From Myxococcota bacterium (GTDB lineage: Bacteria > Myxococcota_A > UBA9042 > PHBI01 > JAWLBL01), in the NCBI GenBank assembly GCA_041687695.1, contig JAWLBL010000032.1, forward strand, positions 1 through 64,000: a stretch of 64,000 nucleotides of DNA, given 5' to 3'. Numbering within the stretch: position 1 is the first letter of the stretch; the number at the start of each line of letters is the position of its first letter. Positions 35,384 to 44,309 of the stretch are shown here, piece by piece. The position numbers were made by a program, and so were the translations under genes. The notes under the pieces were generated by a model. The model had not been told where the DNA came from. It searched no databases and was given only the letters and a program-made list of their open reading frames with translations.

Positions 35384-35905
35384 CTACTTACCTGCCGAGG
35401 TGGCCTCGATCGCCAGGACCAGGATGCCGTCGCCGTGCTTGCGTCCGGCCTGGAAGAACAGCCCGCCGTCCTTGACCTTGATGGTGGTCTTCAGGCCGTC
35501 GAGCGACATCGCCAGCCGCACGAAGCCCTGCTCGACCCCCAGGTGCTTGAGCGACAGCTCGAGCCCGTCGGGCAGCTTCACGGTGGCCGTCCCGTCGAGC
35601 GTCACCGACCGCTGGTGCTCGCCCAGCTGCTTGAAGCGCTTGAAGTCCTTGAACGAACGCTCGAAGTAGCGCGACAGGCGCGACAGCTCGCGGTCGACGC
35701 CGCCCTCGCCTCGGCTGGCCTCGATGATCGTCACCTTGAGCTGGACCGCGCCGCGCTCGGCCTGCGCCGCCACCCGGTCGCCGCCCGGCGGCGCCGCCAC
35801 CGCGGAACCCACCGGCAGCGCGACGAGCGTCACGGCCAAGAGGGCCAGCGCCAGCGCCCGCCACGGGGCTCGGAGGCTCTCACGATCGGTTCGATGCGTT
35901 GCCAC
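35384..35905 (-). CDS. Exported hypothetical protein, third gene of the ECF operon
   Basis: GTG at 35905 with GAGGGAG upstream (alternative GTG at 35953); signal peptide and beta-rich body. Confidence 0.7.
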   Translation of the reverse strand: MATHRTDRESLRAPWRALALALLAVTLVALPVGSAVAAPPGGDRVAAQAERGAVQLKVTIIEASRGEGGVDRELSRLSRYFERSFKDFKRFKQLGEHQRSVTLDGTATVKLPDGLELSLKHLGVEQGFVRLAMSLDGLKTTIKVKDGGLFFQAGRKHGDGILVLAIEATSAGK

Positions 35906-35949
35906 GGTGCGCTCTCCCTCGGTCCTGTGGGTCGCCGCCAGCGTCCGCG

Positions 35950-36648
35950 TCACAGCCCCTGCTCGGGCCCCGCCGCGTCCGGCGCCGGCGCCGGCTCGCC
36001 CTCTTCGGTCAGGTGCCACACGACGGTCGGCTGCTCGCCGTCCTCGTCGACGTCGATGACCACCCGGCCCTCGGCGACCTCGAACGACTCGACGAACGCC
36101 TGGTTGCGCCCGGCGACGCTGTTCTCGGTCTCCATCCCGCGCCGCTCGCCCATCGGGCCGCCCTTGGGCTGACCCTTTTCGGCGTCCACCAGCTGCGGAC
36201 CCGTCACGCCGCCAGGCTCGCCGCCGTTGGCCCCCTGCTGCGCGTACCACAGCGCGCCGACCGCCAGCGCCATCGCGAAGGCCACGCCGGCCGCCGCCAT
36301 GGGCCGCTCGAAGCGGACCAGCTCGCCCAGCCAGGCCGACAGCCGCTGCATCAAGCCCGGCGCCTCGTCACGCGCGGCCGGAGCCTTGGCCTCGGCGGCG
36401 TCCTCGGCCGCGATGCGCGCCATCACGCCGTCATAGAACCCGGCCAGGTCGACGTCGGCCGCCGGGGCGTTGACCGCCTCGTGGGCCAGCGCCATCACCG
36501 CCCGCAGCTCCGTCAGCTCGGCCTTGCAGTCCGGGCAGCCCTCGATGTCCCGCTCGAGCTCCCGCGCGGCCTTGGGCTCCAGCTCGCCGTCTGCGAACGC
36601 ATGGAGCTGCTCCCGAATCTCACTGCACTGCTTCTGCACGTGTGCCAT
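35950..36648 (-). CDS. Zf-HC2-type anti-sigma factor
   Basis: C...L-AFADGEL...CPDC, TM helix; directly downstream of an ECF sigma factor. Confidence 0.88.
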   Translation of the reverse strand: MAHVQKQCSEIREQLHAFADGELEPKAARELERDIEGCPDCKAELTELRAVMALAHEAVNAPAADVDLAGFYDGVMARIAAEDAAEAKAPAARDEAPGLMQRLSAWLGELVRFERPMAAAGVAFAMALAVGALWYAQQGANGGEPGGVTGPQLVDAEKGQPKGGPMGERRGMETENSVAGRNQAFVESFEVAEGRVVIDVDEDGEQPTVVWHLTEEGEPAPAPDAAGPEQGL

Positions 36649-36662
36649 GACTCACCCCCGCG

Positions 36663-37277
36663 TCACTGGGTCAGGTAGCGACCCAGCGCTTTCTGGAAGT
36701 TCTTCCTCGCGTGGAACAGGCGACTCATCACCGTCCCCTTGGCGATGCCCAGGGTGTCGGCCAGCTCCTCGTAGGACAGGCCGTCCACCTCGCGCAGCAC
36801 CAGGATCTCCCGGTGGTCCTCGCTCAGCTTGCTCAACGCGCGCTCCATGTGTTCCGCCAACTCTTTTCGGGCCAGCGCCTTGCTGGGTCCCTCGATGTGG
36901 ATCGACGCCAGGGTCGGTCCGTCCGTGAAGCGGTCGCCGTGGTGGGCCAGGGTGTCGTCGTAGTCGACCTCCCTCGCCCGGGCCGCGCGCCGCTTTCTGT
37001 CGATGCACAGGTTGACGACGATCCGATAGAGCCAGGTGTAGAAGCTCGAGTTTCCTTTGAAGTCGGGCAGGTGGCGGTGCACCTTGACGAACGCGTCCTG
37101 GGCGACGTCCAGGGCGTCGTCCTGGTTGCGCAGGATGCCGAAGGCGATCGTGAAGACCTTGCGCTGATAGCGCTCGACCAGCACCTTGAACGCTCTCGGG
37201 TCACCCTCGACGCACCGCTGCACCAGCTCGGCATCGTCGTCACGCTCTTGCAATCTGCTCTCCGCATCGTCACGCAC
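36663..37277 (-). CDS. ECF sigma-70 factor (RpoE-like)
   Basis: [47 protein letters not shown]. Confidence 0.95.
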   Translation of the reverse strand: MRDDAESRLQERDDDAELVQRCVEGDPRAFKVLVERYQRKVFTIAFGILRNQDDALDVAQDAFVKVHRHLPDFKGNSSFYTWLYRIVVNLCIDRKRRAARAREVDYDDTLAHHGDRFTDGPTLASIHIEGPSKALARKELAEHMERALSKLSEDHREILVLREVDGLSYEELADTLGIAKGTVMSRLFHARKNFQKALGRYLTQ

Positions 37278-37623
37278 CGGTTGACGCCTCCGTCATCGGC
37301 TTATTCACCCGGGCGGACGAAATGTTCCGGGCGGGGGACGAGACGCCCGCCATACCATCATACGTGGGCCCCTCGAACAAGCGGCGACGGGCGCCCGGCC
37401 GTCCCGGAACCCGCCGTGGCCGCCGGACATGCCGCCGCAGGACCCGCCAGGCTCCTCTGTTGACCGGATCCGGGCCCCGCCGGATGATGCGACGCCACCC
37501 ACGCCGCCACGCGCCGGCGCTGGGGAATGCCCCCCGGGCCCGCCCGTTGTACCAGCCGGCTTCGGCCCTGGTCGCACCGACCGGCCCCACCGCCCCGGTC
37601 CAGCCCTCCGAGGTCCCCCTCCC

Positions 37624-40600
37624 TTGACCCCCGCGCCAACCCCCGACGGCTCCATCGAGCGCATCGAACGCTACCTGGCGCGGCTCCGCCGCCGCTGGGG
37701 GCTGGTGTCGGCCGCCGAGGCCGCCTGCGGCGCGCTGGTCGTGCTGCTCGCGACGACCGCCGTGGCGCTGGCGCTCGCCTCGGCGCTGGGGGTCGGCACC
37801 GGACGCTGGGCGTGGACCGTCCTCGGCGTGGGCGCCGGCCTCGCAGGCGCGCTGGCCTGGCGTCTGTACGGCCGCCCCCTGCGCGTGCGCCGCACCGACG
37901 AGCGGCTCGCCCTCTGGGTCGAGGGCCGCGTCGCCGACCTCCACTCGGGCGTCGTCACCAGCGTCCAGACCGCCTCGCACCTGCGCGCCGGCGCGGCGGC
38001 CGACCCGGGCCTCGGCTTCTCGCCGGCCCTCGCGCGGGCCGCCGCGCACCGGACCGCGCGGACCCTGTCGCGCACCCCCGCCGAGTCGCTGGTCTCGACC
38101 GCCCGCCTGCGGCGCCTCGGCCTGGCCAGCGCCGGGGCCGTGGCCGCCTGGGCCCTGCTGGCCCTCACCGCGCCCGAGCTGGTGGCCGACGGCTGGCGCG
38201 CCTTGTCGGGCGGCCCGGCGCTGGCCGCCGCGCGGGACGACGGACGCGTGGTCGACGTGGCGGTGGGCGACCTCGGCTTCCGCCTGAACTACCCGCCCTA
38301 CCTGAACCTGCAGCCGCGCACGCTCGAGCGGGCCACCGGCGATCTGTCGGCCGTGGCCGGGACCGAGGTGCAGTTCACCGGCGTCACGCTGTTCCCCGCG
38401 CGCGAGGTCGTCCTGGTCCTCGAGAGCGATCCCGAGGCGCGCTGGCCGCTCGAGCTGTCGAGCGACGGCGTGGTCCGCGGCGCCATGCGCGTCGGGGCGC
38501 CCGACCGCTACCAGTTCGTCCTGTCGGACGCCCGGGGGCGCATCGTCCGCGAGCGCACGTGGCGCACCATCGACGCGCGGCCCGACGCGACGCCCGAGGT
38601 GCGGCTGATGCTGCCCGAGTCCGATCTCGAGGTGCACGCGGGCGACGAGATCCCGATGGTCTACGAGGCCTCGGACGACTACGGCCTCGACCGGGTCGAC
38701 CTGGCCTTCGCCGTCGAGGGCGGCGAGCCGCAGCGGCGCGCCATCAAGCACCCCAAGGGCGAGCGCTCGTCGCGGGGCAGCGAGAACCTGTCGGTCGCGA
38801 CCCTGGGGCTCGAGCCGGGGCAGTCGGCCGACGTGTGGTTCGAGGCGGTCGACCAGAACTCGGTGACCGGCCCCGGCGTCGGCGCGTCGGTGAAGCGGCG
38901 CGTGACCCTGTACAGCCCCGAGGCCGAGCACGAGGCGCTGCTGACGGCGCTCGACCAGCTCATCCAGCAGATGATCGACGTGCTGGCCGAGCGGCTCGAG
39001 AGCCCGGTCGAGGCCAAGAACCCGCTGCAGCTGGGCACCTACCTGAGCGTGCAGGGCGCCATCGCCGACGCGAGCGACGCGATGATGCGCCGCTTCGAGC
39101 GGGTCATCGCCGCGGCCAGCACCGACCCCTTGGCGGGCGACCCGCTGCGCGAGGGACTGCGCAAGGGCTACGATCGCCTCGACGAGGTCCACGGGCAGGA
39201 GCGGGCGCAGCTGACGAAGGCGGCGGCGCGCGACTTCGGCGGGCCGCGGCCCGAGGTGACGGTGTCGCTGCTGGCGGGCGTGAACGACGAGGTGGCCGTC
39301 GAGCTCGAGACGACCATCCTGGCGCTCAAGGCGCTGCTCGACCGGGGCCGGCAGGACAAGATCCTGGACAAGGGCCGCGAGCTGCTCGAGGCGCAGAACG
39401 ACCTGATGAAGCTGCTCGAGGAGCTGCGGGACAAGGGCGGCGACGAGCTGGCGGCCGCGGCGAACGAGAAGCTCGACCAGCTCGAGCGCAGCCTGAAGAA
39501 GATGGAGCAGGAGATGGCCAAGCTGGCCGACCGCGTGCCCTACGACAACCAGAACGCCAGCCAGCGGTCGGGGGACGTCGAGGGGGACATGCAGTCGATC
39601 CAGTCGCAGCTCGACCAGGTGCGGCAGCTCATCAAGGAGGGGCGCATCGAAGAGGCCCTGAAGATGATGGAGGCGATGAACCGGGCGAGCCAGGAGATGA
39701 TGGCGAGCCTGCAGGACGGCTTCGGCGGCGGGCAGCGCATGAGCGCGCAGGCGCAGCAGGCGATGAACCAGCTGCAGAACCAGCTGGGGCAGGTGCGCGA
39801 CGGGCAGCAGGGCGTGCACGACGAGACGAGCGAGCTGGAGCAGCGGGCGCGCGAGCAGCAGACCGAGCAGCTCAAGGAGGCCATGCAGGGGCTGCGCGAG
39901 CAGGCGCGGCAGGTCGAGGAGCGGATCGGGGGGGCCGACGGCGAGCCGCTGCATCCGGCGGATCGCAAGGCGCTCGAGCAGCTGAAGCAGGCCGCGGGCG
40001 AGCTGGGCGAGCGGCTCGAGGCGGGCGACCCGCGGGGGGCGCTGGAGGCGGCCAAGCGGCTGTCGCAGGGCGCGCCGGCGCTGGGTGAGGAGATCGGCCA
40101 CGGCGAGCAGCGCGAGATGGACGTGGACCGGGCCGAGGCGATGCGGGACGCGGCGCAGCGGCTGGGGCAGGGCGGGCGGACGGCCGGGGAGATCGCCGGC
40201 CAGCTCGAGAAGATGCAGCCGCAGCCGGGGCAGGGCGCGTCGCCGCGGGAGGCCCAGGAGATGCAGCGGCTCGGCAAGCGGCAGGGGCAGCTCGAGCAGC
40301 AGCTGGGCGAGGCGGGCAAGATGCTCGAGCAGCTCGACGAAGGGCAGCTGCCCGGGGTGCGCGAGCGGCTGCAGCAAATGCTCGACCAGGCGGGCAAGGC
40401 GATGAAGGACGCCAAGGGCGACCTCGACGGCAAGCAGCTGCCGGGCGCGCGCGAGAACCAGCAGAAGGCGCTGGAGCAGCTGGGCGAGGCGATGGACGAC
40501 ATCGACGAGCACATGAAGCCGTCCGACGACCGGGGCGCCGGTGGCGTCGGGACCAGCGGGCCGCGCCAGAAGGTCGAGATCCCCGACGCGGACGCCTACA

Positions 40601-40707
40601 AGGTGCCGGCCGAGTTCCGCGAGGAGCTGCTGCGGGCGATGAAGGAGCGGGCGCCCGAGAAGTTCAAGCAGGACATCGAGCGGTACTACGAGGAGCTGGT
40701 GAAGTGA
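37624..40707 (+). CDS. DUF4175 family membrane protein with long Gln-rich coiled coil
   Basis: Three N-terminal TMs, YPPYL, ASDDYGL, Q/M/E-rich coiled coil, C-terminal ERYYEELVK. Start uncertain (TTG 37624 with GAGG, or ATG 37429). Confidence 0.85.
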   Translation: MTPAPTPDGSIERIERYLARLRRRWGLVSAAEAACGALVVLLATTAVALALASALGVGTGRWAWTVLGVGAGLAGALAWRLYGRPLRVRRTDERLALWVEGRVADLHSGVVTSVQTASHLRAGAAADPGLGFSPALARAAAHRTARTLSRTPAESLVSTARLRRLGLASAGAVAAWALLALTAPELVADGWRALSGGPALAAARDDGRVVDVAVGDLGFRLNYPPYLNLQPRTLERATGDLSAVAGTEVQFTGVTLFPAREVVLVLESDPEARWPLELSSDGVVRGAMRVGAPDRYQFVLSDARGRIVRERTWRTIDARPDATPEVRLMLPESDLEVHAGDEIPMVYEASDDYGLDRVDLAFAVEGGEPQRRAIKHPKGERSSRGSENLSVATLGLEPGQSADVWFEAVDQNSVTGPGVGASVKRRVTLYSPEAEHEALLTALDQLIQQMIDVLAERLESPVEAKNPLQLGTYLSVQGAIADASDAMMRRFERVIAAASTDPLAGDPLREGLRKGYDRLDEVHGQERAQLTKAAARDFGGPRPEVTVSLLAGVNDEVAVELETTILALKALLDRGRQDKILDKGRELLEAQNDLMKLLEELRDKGGDELAAAANEKLDQLERSLKKMEQEMAKLADRVPYDNQNASQRSGDVEGDMQSIQSQLDQVRQLIKEGRIEEALKMMEAMNRASQEMMASLQDGFGGGQRMSAQAQQAMNQLQNQLGQVRDGQQGVHDETSELEQRAREQQTEQLKEAMQGLREQARQVEERIGGADGEPLHPADRKALEQLKQAAGELGERLEAGDPRGALEAAKRLSQGAPALGEEIGHGEQREMDVDRAEAMRDAAQRLGQGGRTAGEIAGQLEKMQPQPGQGASPREAQEMQRLGKRQGQLEQQLGEAGKMLEQLDEGQLPGVRERLQQMLDQAGKAMKDAKGDLDGKQLPGARENQQKALEQLGEAMDDIDEHMKPSDDRGAGGVGTSGPRQKVEIPDADAYKVPAEFREELLRAMKERAPEKFKQDIERYYEELVK

Positions 40708-42284
40708 GGCGTGGTGGCGTGAGGGTGAGGTCCCTGGGGGCGTTGACCGCGCTGGCGGTGACGTTGACGGCCGGGGTGACGGTCGCGAGGGCCGACGCGG
40801 ACGTCGAGGCGGCGGTCGAGGCGATCCACGCGTGGGACATGGCCGGCGCGCGGGCGGCGGTGCGGCGGCTCGAGGCGCAGCGGCCGAGCGACGGGCGGAC
40901 GGCGCTGCTGGCCGGGCAGCTGGCGCTGCACGAGGGGCGGTACGACGACGCCACGCAGCTGCTGCAGCGGGCGGTCGAGGCGGGCGCGGGCGAGCTGGGG
41001 GCGCACTACCTCGAGATCGCGCGCAACACGGCGCTCGAGACGCGGGGCTACGCCGAGCACCGGACGCGGGACGGCCACTTCGTCATCCGGCACGAGCCGG
41101 GGGTCGACGAGGTGCTGGTCCCGTACGCCGAGGAGGTCCTCGAGCAGGCGTGGCGCGAGCTGACGGTCCTGTTCGGGCACGTGCCCGAGGGGCCGCTGCG
41201 GGTCGAGATCTACCCGCGGGTCGAGACCCTGGGGGCGGTGAGCCCGCTGACGGTCAAGGAGATCCGGACCTCGGGCACCATCGCGCTGTGCAAGTACAAC
41301 CGGCTGATGATCGTGTCGCCGCGCGACCTGGTCTACGGCTACGAGTGGGCGGACACGCTGGCGCACGAGCTCATCCACCTGCTGATCACGCAGAAGAGCC
41401 GCAACCGGGTGCCGATCTGGCTGCACGAGGGGCTGGCGAAGTACTACGAGGCCAAGTGGAAGGCCGGGCAGAAGCCGAAGCTCGGGCGGCCCAGCGAGGA
41501 TCTGCTGGCGCGGGCGGTCGCGGCGGACCAGCTCATCAGCTTCGAGGCGATGAGCCCGTCGATGGCCAAGCTGCCCAGCCAGGAGGCGACCGCGACGGCG
41601 TTCGCCGAGGTGTTCACGGTCATCGAGTTCCTGGCGAGCCGGGGCGGCGACCAGGTCGCCGAGGCGCTGGTGCGGCTGATGGGCGAGGGCAAGAGCGACC
41701 GGGACGCGGTGGCCGAGGTGGCGCAGCTGCCGTGGGAGCGGTTCGAGCCGGCGTGGAAGCAGTACCTCAAGCAGAAGGGGCTGCGGAGGCTCGAGGGCGC
41801 GGCCGACGACAAGCTGCTGTTCCGAGGGGCGGACGCCGAGGCGGCCGAGCTCGAGGGCATCGACGGCGAGCAGGCGCGCAAGCACACGTGGCTGGGCGAC
41901 CAGCTGCGGCTGCGCGAGCGGTTCAAGGCGGCCGCCAAGCAGTACCGCAAGGCGTCGGCGGTGGCCGGCGACCTGAACGCGGTCATCCAGGCCAAGCTCG
42001 GCGGGGCGCTGCTGAAGCTGGGCGAGGTCGACCAGGCGATCGCCGAGCTGCAGCGCCCGCTCGACGTCCACGACGGCTACGTGCTGCTGCACCTGCACCT
42101 CGGGCGGGCGCGGATGCTGCGCAGCGAGTGGGCGGCGGCCCGCGTCCACTTCGAGACGGCCCTGCACATCAACCCCTTCGACCGCGAGCTGCACGGCCAC
42201 CTGGCCAAGGTCTACGAGCAGCTCGATCTCCCCGATCTGGCCGCCCGCGAGCGGCGCGCGCACCGCCTGGTGAACGGCGAGTGA
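40704..42284 (+). CDS. TPR protein with peptidase MA-like (gluzincin) domain
   Basis: Signal peptide; LAHELIH (HExxH) and PIWLHEGLA; TPRs at both ends. Confidence 0.85.
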   Translation: MRRGGVRVRSLGALTALAVTLTAGVTVARADADVEAAVEAIHAWDMAGARAAVRRLEAQRPSDGRTALLAGQLALHEGRYDDATQLLQRAVEAGAGELGAHYLEIARNTALETRGYAEHRTRDGHFVIRHEPGVDEVLVPYAEEVLEQAWRELTVLFGHVPEGPLRVEIYPRVETLGAVSPLTVKEIRTSGTIALCKYNRLMIVSPRDLVYGYEWADTLAHELIHLLITQKSRNRVPIWLHEGLAKYYEAKWKAGQKPKLGRPSEDLLARAVAADQLISFEAMSPSMAKLPSQEATATAFAEVFTVIEFLASRGGDQVAEALVRLMGEGKSDRDAVAEVAQLPWERFEPAWKQYLKQKGLRRLEGAADDKLLFRGADAEAAELEGIDGEQARKHTWLGDQLRLRERFKAAAKQYRKASAVAGDLNAVIQAKLGGALLKLGEVDQAIAELQRPLDVHDGYVLLHLHLGRARMLRSEWAAARVHFETALHINPFDRELHGHLAKVYEQLDLPDLAARERRAHRLVNGE

Positions 42285-42303
42285 CCTCAGGAGCCCCCAC
42301 CCG

Positions 42304-43341
42304 ATGACAGCCTCTCCCCCCTCGCTCCCCACGGCCGACGATTCGCGCATCGGCCCCGAAGACGTCGAGGCCCTCGCCGCCGCCCGCGAGCGCGTCCTGG
42401 GCGAGCTGCGCAAGCGCATCATCGGCCAGGAGGACGTCGTCGATCTCCTGCTGACCGCCCTGTTCGCGCGCGGCCACGGCCTGTTCATCGGCGTGCCGGG
42501 CCTCGCCAAGACGCTGCTCATCTCGACCCTGGCCGAGACCCTGAGCCTGCGCTTCAACCGCATCCAGTTCACGCCGGACCTCATGCCGTCCGACATCACC
42601 GGCACCGACATCCTCGAGCAGGACCACGCGACCGGAAAGCGCTTCTTCAAGTTCATCCAGGGCCCGATCTTCTGCAACATCCTGCTGGCCGACGAGGTCA
42701 ACCGCACGCCGCCCAAGACGCAGGCCGCGCTGCTGCAGGCCATGCAGGAGGGACGCGTCACGGCCGGCGGGGCGACCTATCCGCTCGAGCCGCCGTTCCT
42801 GGTCTTCGCGACGCAGAACCCCATCGAGCAAGAGGGCACCTACCCGCTGCCCGAGGCGCAGCTCGACCGGTTCATGTTCTCGATCCGCGTGGGTTACCCG
42901 TCGTTCGACGAGGAGGTCGCCATCGTCACGCGCACCACGGGCGCGCGGCAGGAGCCCATCACGCCGGTGCTCAGCCACGAGGAGCTGCTGCGCTTCCAGA
43001 GGGTGGTGCTCGGCGTGGTCGCGGCGCCCGACATCGTGCGGTACGCGGTCGAGCTGACGACGCGGACGCGCCCCGACGCCGAGCGGGCGCCCAAGGCGGT
43101 CAAGGAGTTCGTCTCGTGGGGCGCCGGCCCGCGCGCCAGCCAGTACCTGGTGCTGGGGGCCAAGGCGCGCGCCGCGCTGCACGGGCGGCCGCAGGCCTCG
43201 CGCGAGGACGTGCGCGCCCTGGCCGCGTCGGTGCTGGGCCACCGCGTGCTGCTGAACTTCCAGGCCGAGGCCGAGCGCGTCGGCGTGCAGGATCTCATCG
43301 GCGAGATCGTGCGCTCCGTGCCCACGTCGGGTCCGGTGTGA
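42304..43341 (+). CDS. moxR: MoxR family AAA+ ATPase
   Basis: GVPGLAKT, RIQFTPDLMPSD, LADEVNR, ATQNPIEQEGTYPLPEAQLDRF, GAGPRA. Confidence 0.96.
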   Translation: MTASPPSLPTADDSRIGPEDVEALAAARERVLGELRKRIIGQEDVVDLLLTALFARGHGLFIGVPGLAKTLLISTLAETLSLRFNRIQFTPDLMPSDITGTDILEQDHATGKRFFKFIQGPIFCNILLADEVNRTPPKTQAALLQAMQEGRVTAGGATYPLEPPFLVFATQNPIEQEGTYPLPEAQLDRFMFSIRVGYPSFDEEVAIVTRTTGARQEPITPVLSHEELLRFQRVVLGVVAAPDIVRYAVELTTRTRPDAERAPKAVKEFVSWGAGPRASQYLVLGAKARAALHGRPQASREDVRALAASVLGHRVLLNFQAEAERVGVQDLIGEIVRSVPTSGPV

Positions 43342-44309
43342 GCGCGGGCGCCTTCCACAGCCAGCTGCTCGACCCCCGCGCGCTCGCGCAGCTCGCCGGG
43401 CTGCAGGCCCGGGCGCGCAAGGTCGTCGACGGTCTGCTGCAGGGCATCCACAAGAGCCCGCACCACGGCAGCTCCATCGAGTTCTCCGAGCACAAGGAGT
43501 ACTCGCCGGGCGACGAGATCCGCCACATCGACTGGAAGGCGTTCGGCCGCCTCGACAAGTACTACGTCAAGCGCTTCGAGCAGGAGAGCAACCTGACCGC
43601 CTGGTTCGTCGTCGACCGCTCGGCGTCGATGGCCTACGGGCGCGCCCAGGAGGGCGACGGGGCGCTGACCAAGTTCGAGTACGCCTCCGTGCTGGCGGTC
43701 AGCCTGGCGCACCTGCTGCTGCAACAGCAGGACGCGGTGGGCCTGGTCACCTTCGGCGACGACGACCCGGCGCTGCTGCCGCCCCGCGGGCGGACCAGCC
43801 ACCTGCCGCACATGTGCAAGGTGCTCGAGGAGACGAAGGTCCGCGGCGGGACGTCCATCGAGACGGGCCTCACGGCCATCCTCGAGCGCGCCCGCAAGCG
43901 CGGCTTCGTCTACGTGCTCTCGGACTTCTTCGGCGAGACCGAGGCCGCCTTCAAGGCGATGCGCCAGCTGGTGGGGCGCGGGCACCAGGTCACGGCCTTC
44001 CAGGTCCTCGACGGCGACGAGCTGTCCTTCCCCTTCGGCGAGATGACCCTGTTCGAGGGCATGGAGAGCAAGCAGCGCCTGCTGGTCGAGCCGCGCCTCG
44101 TGCGCGACGCGTACATGAAGCGTCTCGAGGCCCACCTGCAGCAGGTGCGCGCCCAATGCTTGCGCGCTCAGGTCGCCTACGCGCTGGCCGACACCCGCGA
44201 GGCGCCCGGCAGGCTGCTGCTCAAGTACCTGACCGGCCACGACGTCTCGTCGCCAGGCGCCTCCCTCGACCCGGACGGCGCGCGCGACGGCGCCCGCGAG
44301 GCCCGCTGA
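43338..44309 (+). CDS. DUF58 (VWA-like) protein
   Basis: GTG at 43338; G-H-S---G-S-EF-EH-EY-PGD--R-IDWK, DRSASM, LSDF. Confidence 0.93.
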   Translation: MSAGAFHSQLLDPRALAQLAGLQARARKVVDGLLQGIHKSPHHGSSIEFSEHKEYSPGDEIRHIDWKAFGRLDKYYVKRFEQESNLTAWFVVDRSASMAYGRAQEGDGALTKFEYASVLAVSLAHLLLQQQDAVGLVTFGDDDPALLPPRGRTSHLPHMCKVLEETKVRGGTSIETGLTAILERARKRGFVYVLSDFFGETEAAFKAMRQLVGRGHQVTAFQVLDGDELSFPFGEMTLFEGMESKQRLLVEPRLVRDAYMKRLEAHLQQVRAQCLRAQVAYALADTREAPGRLLLKYLTGHDVSSPGASLDPDGARDGAREAR

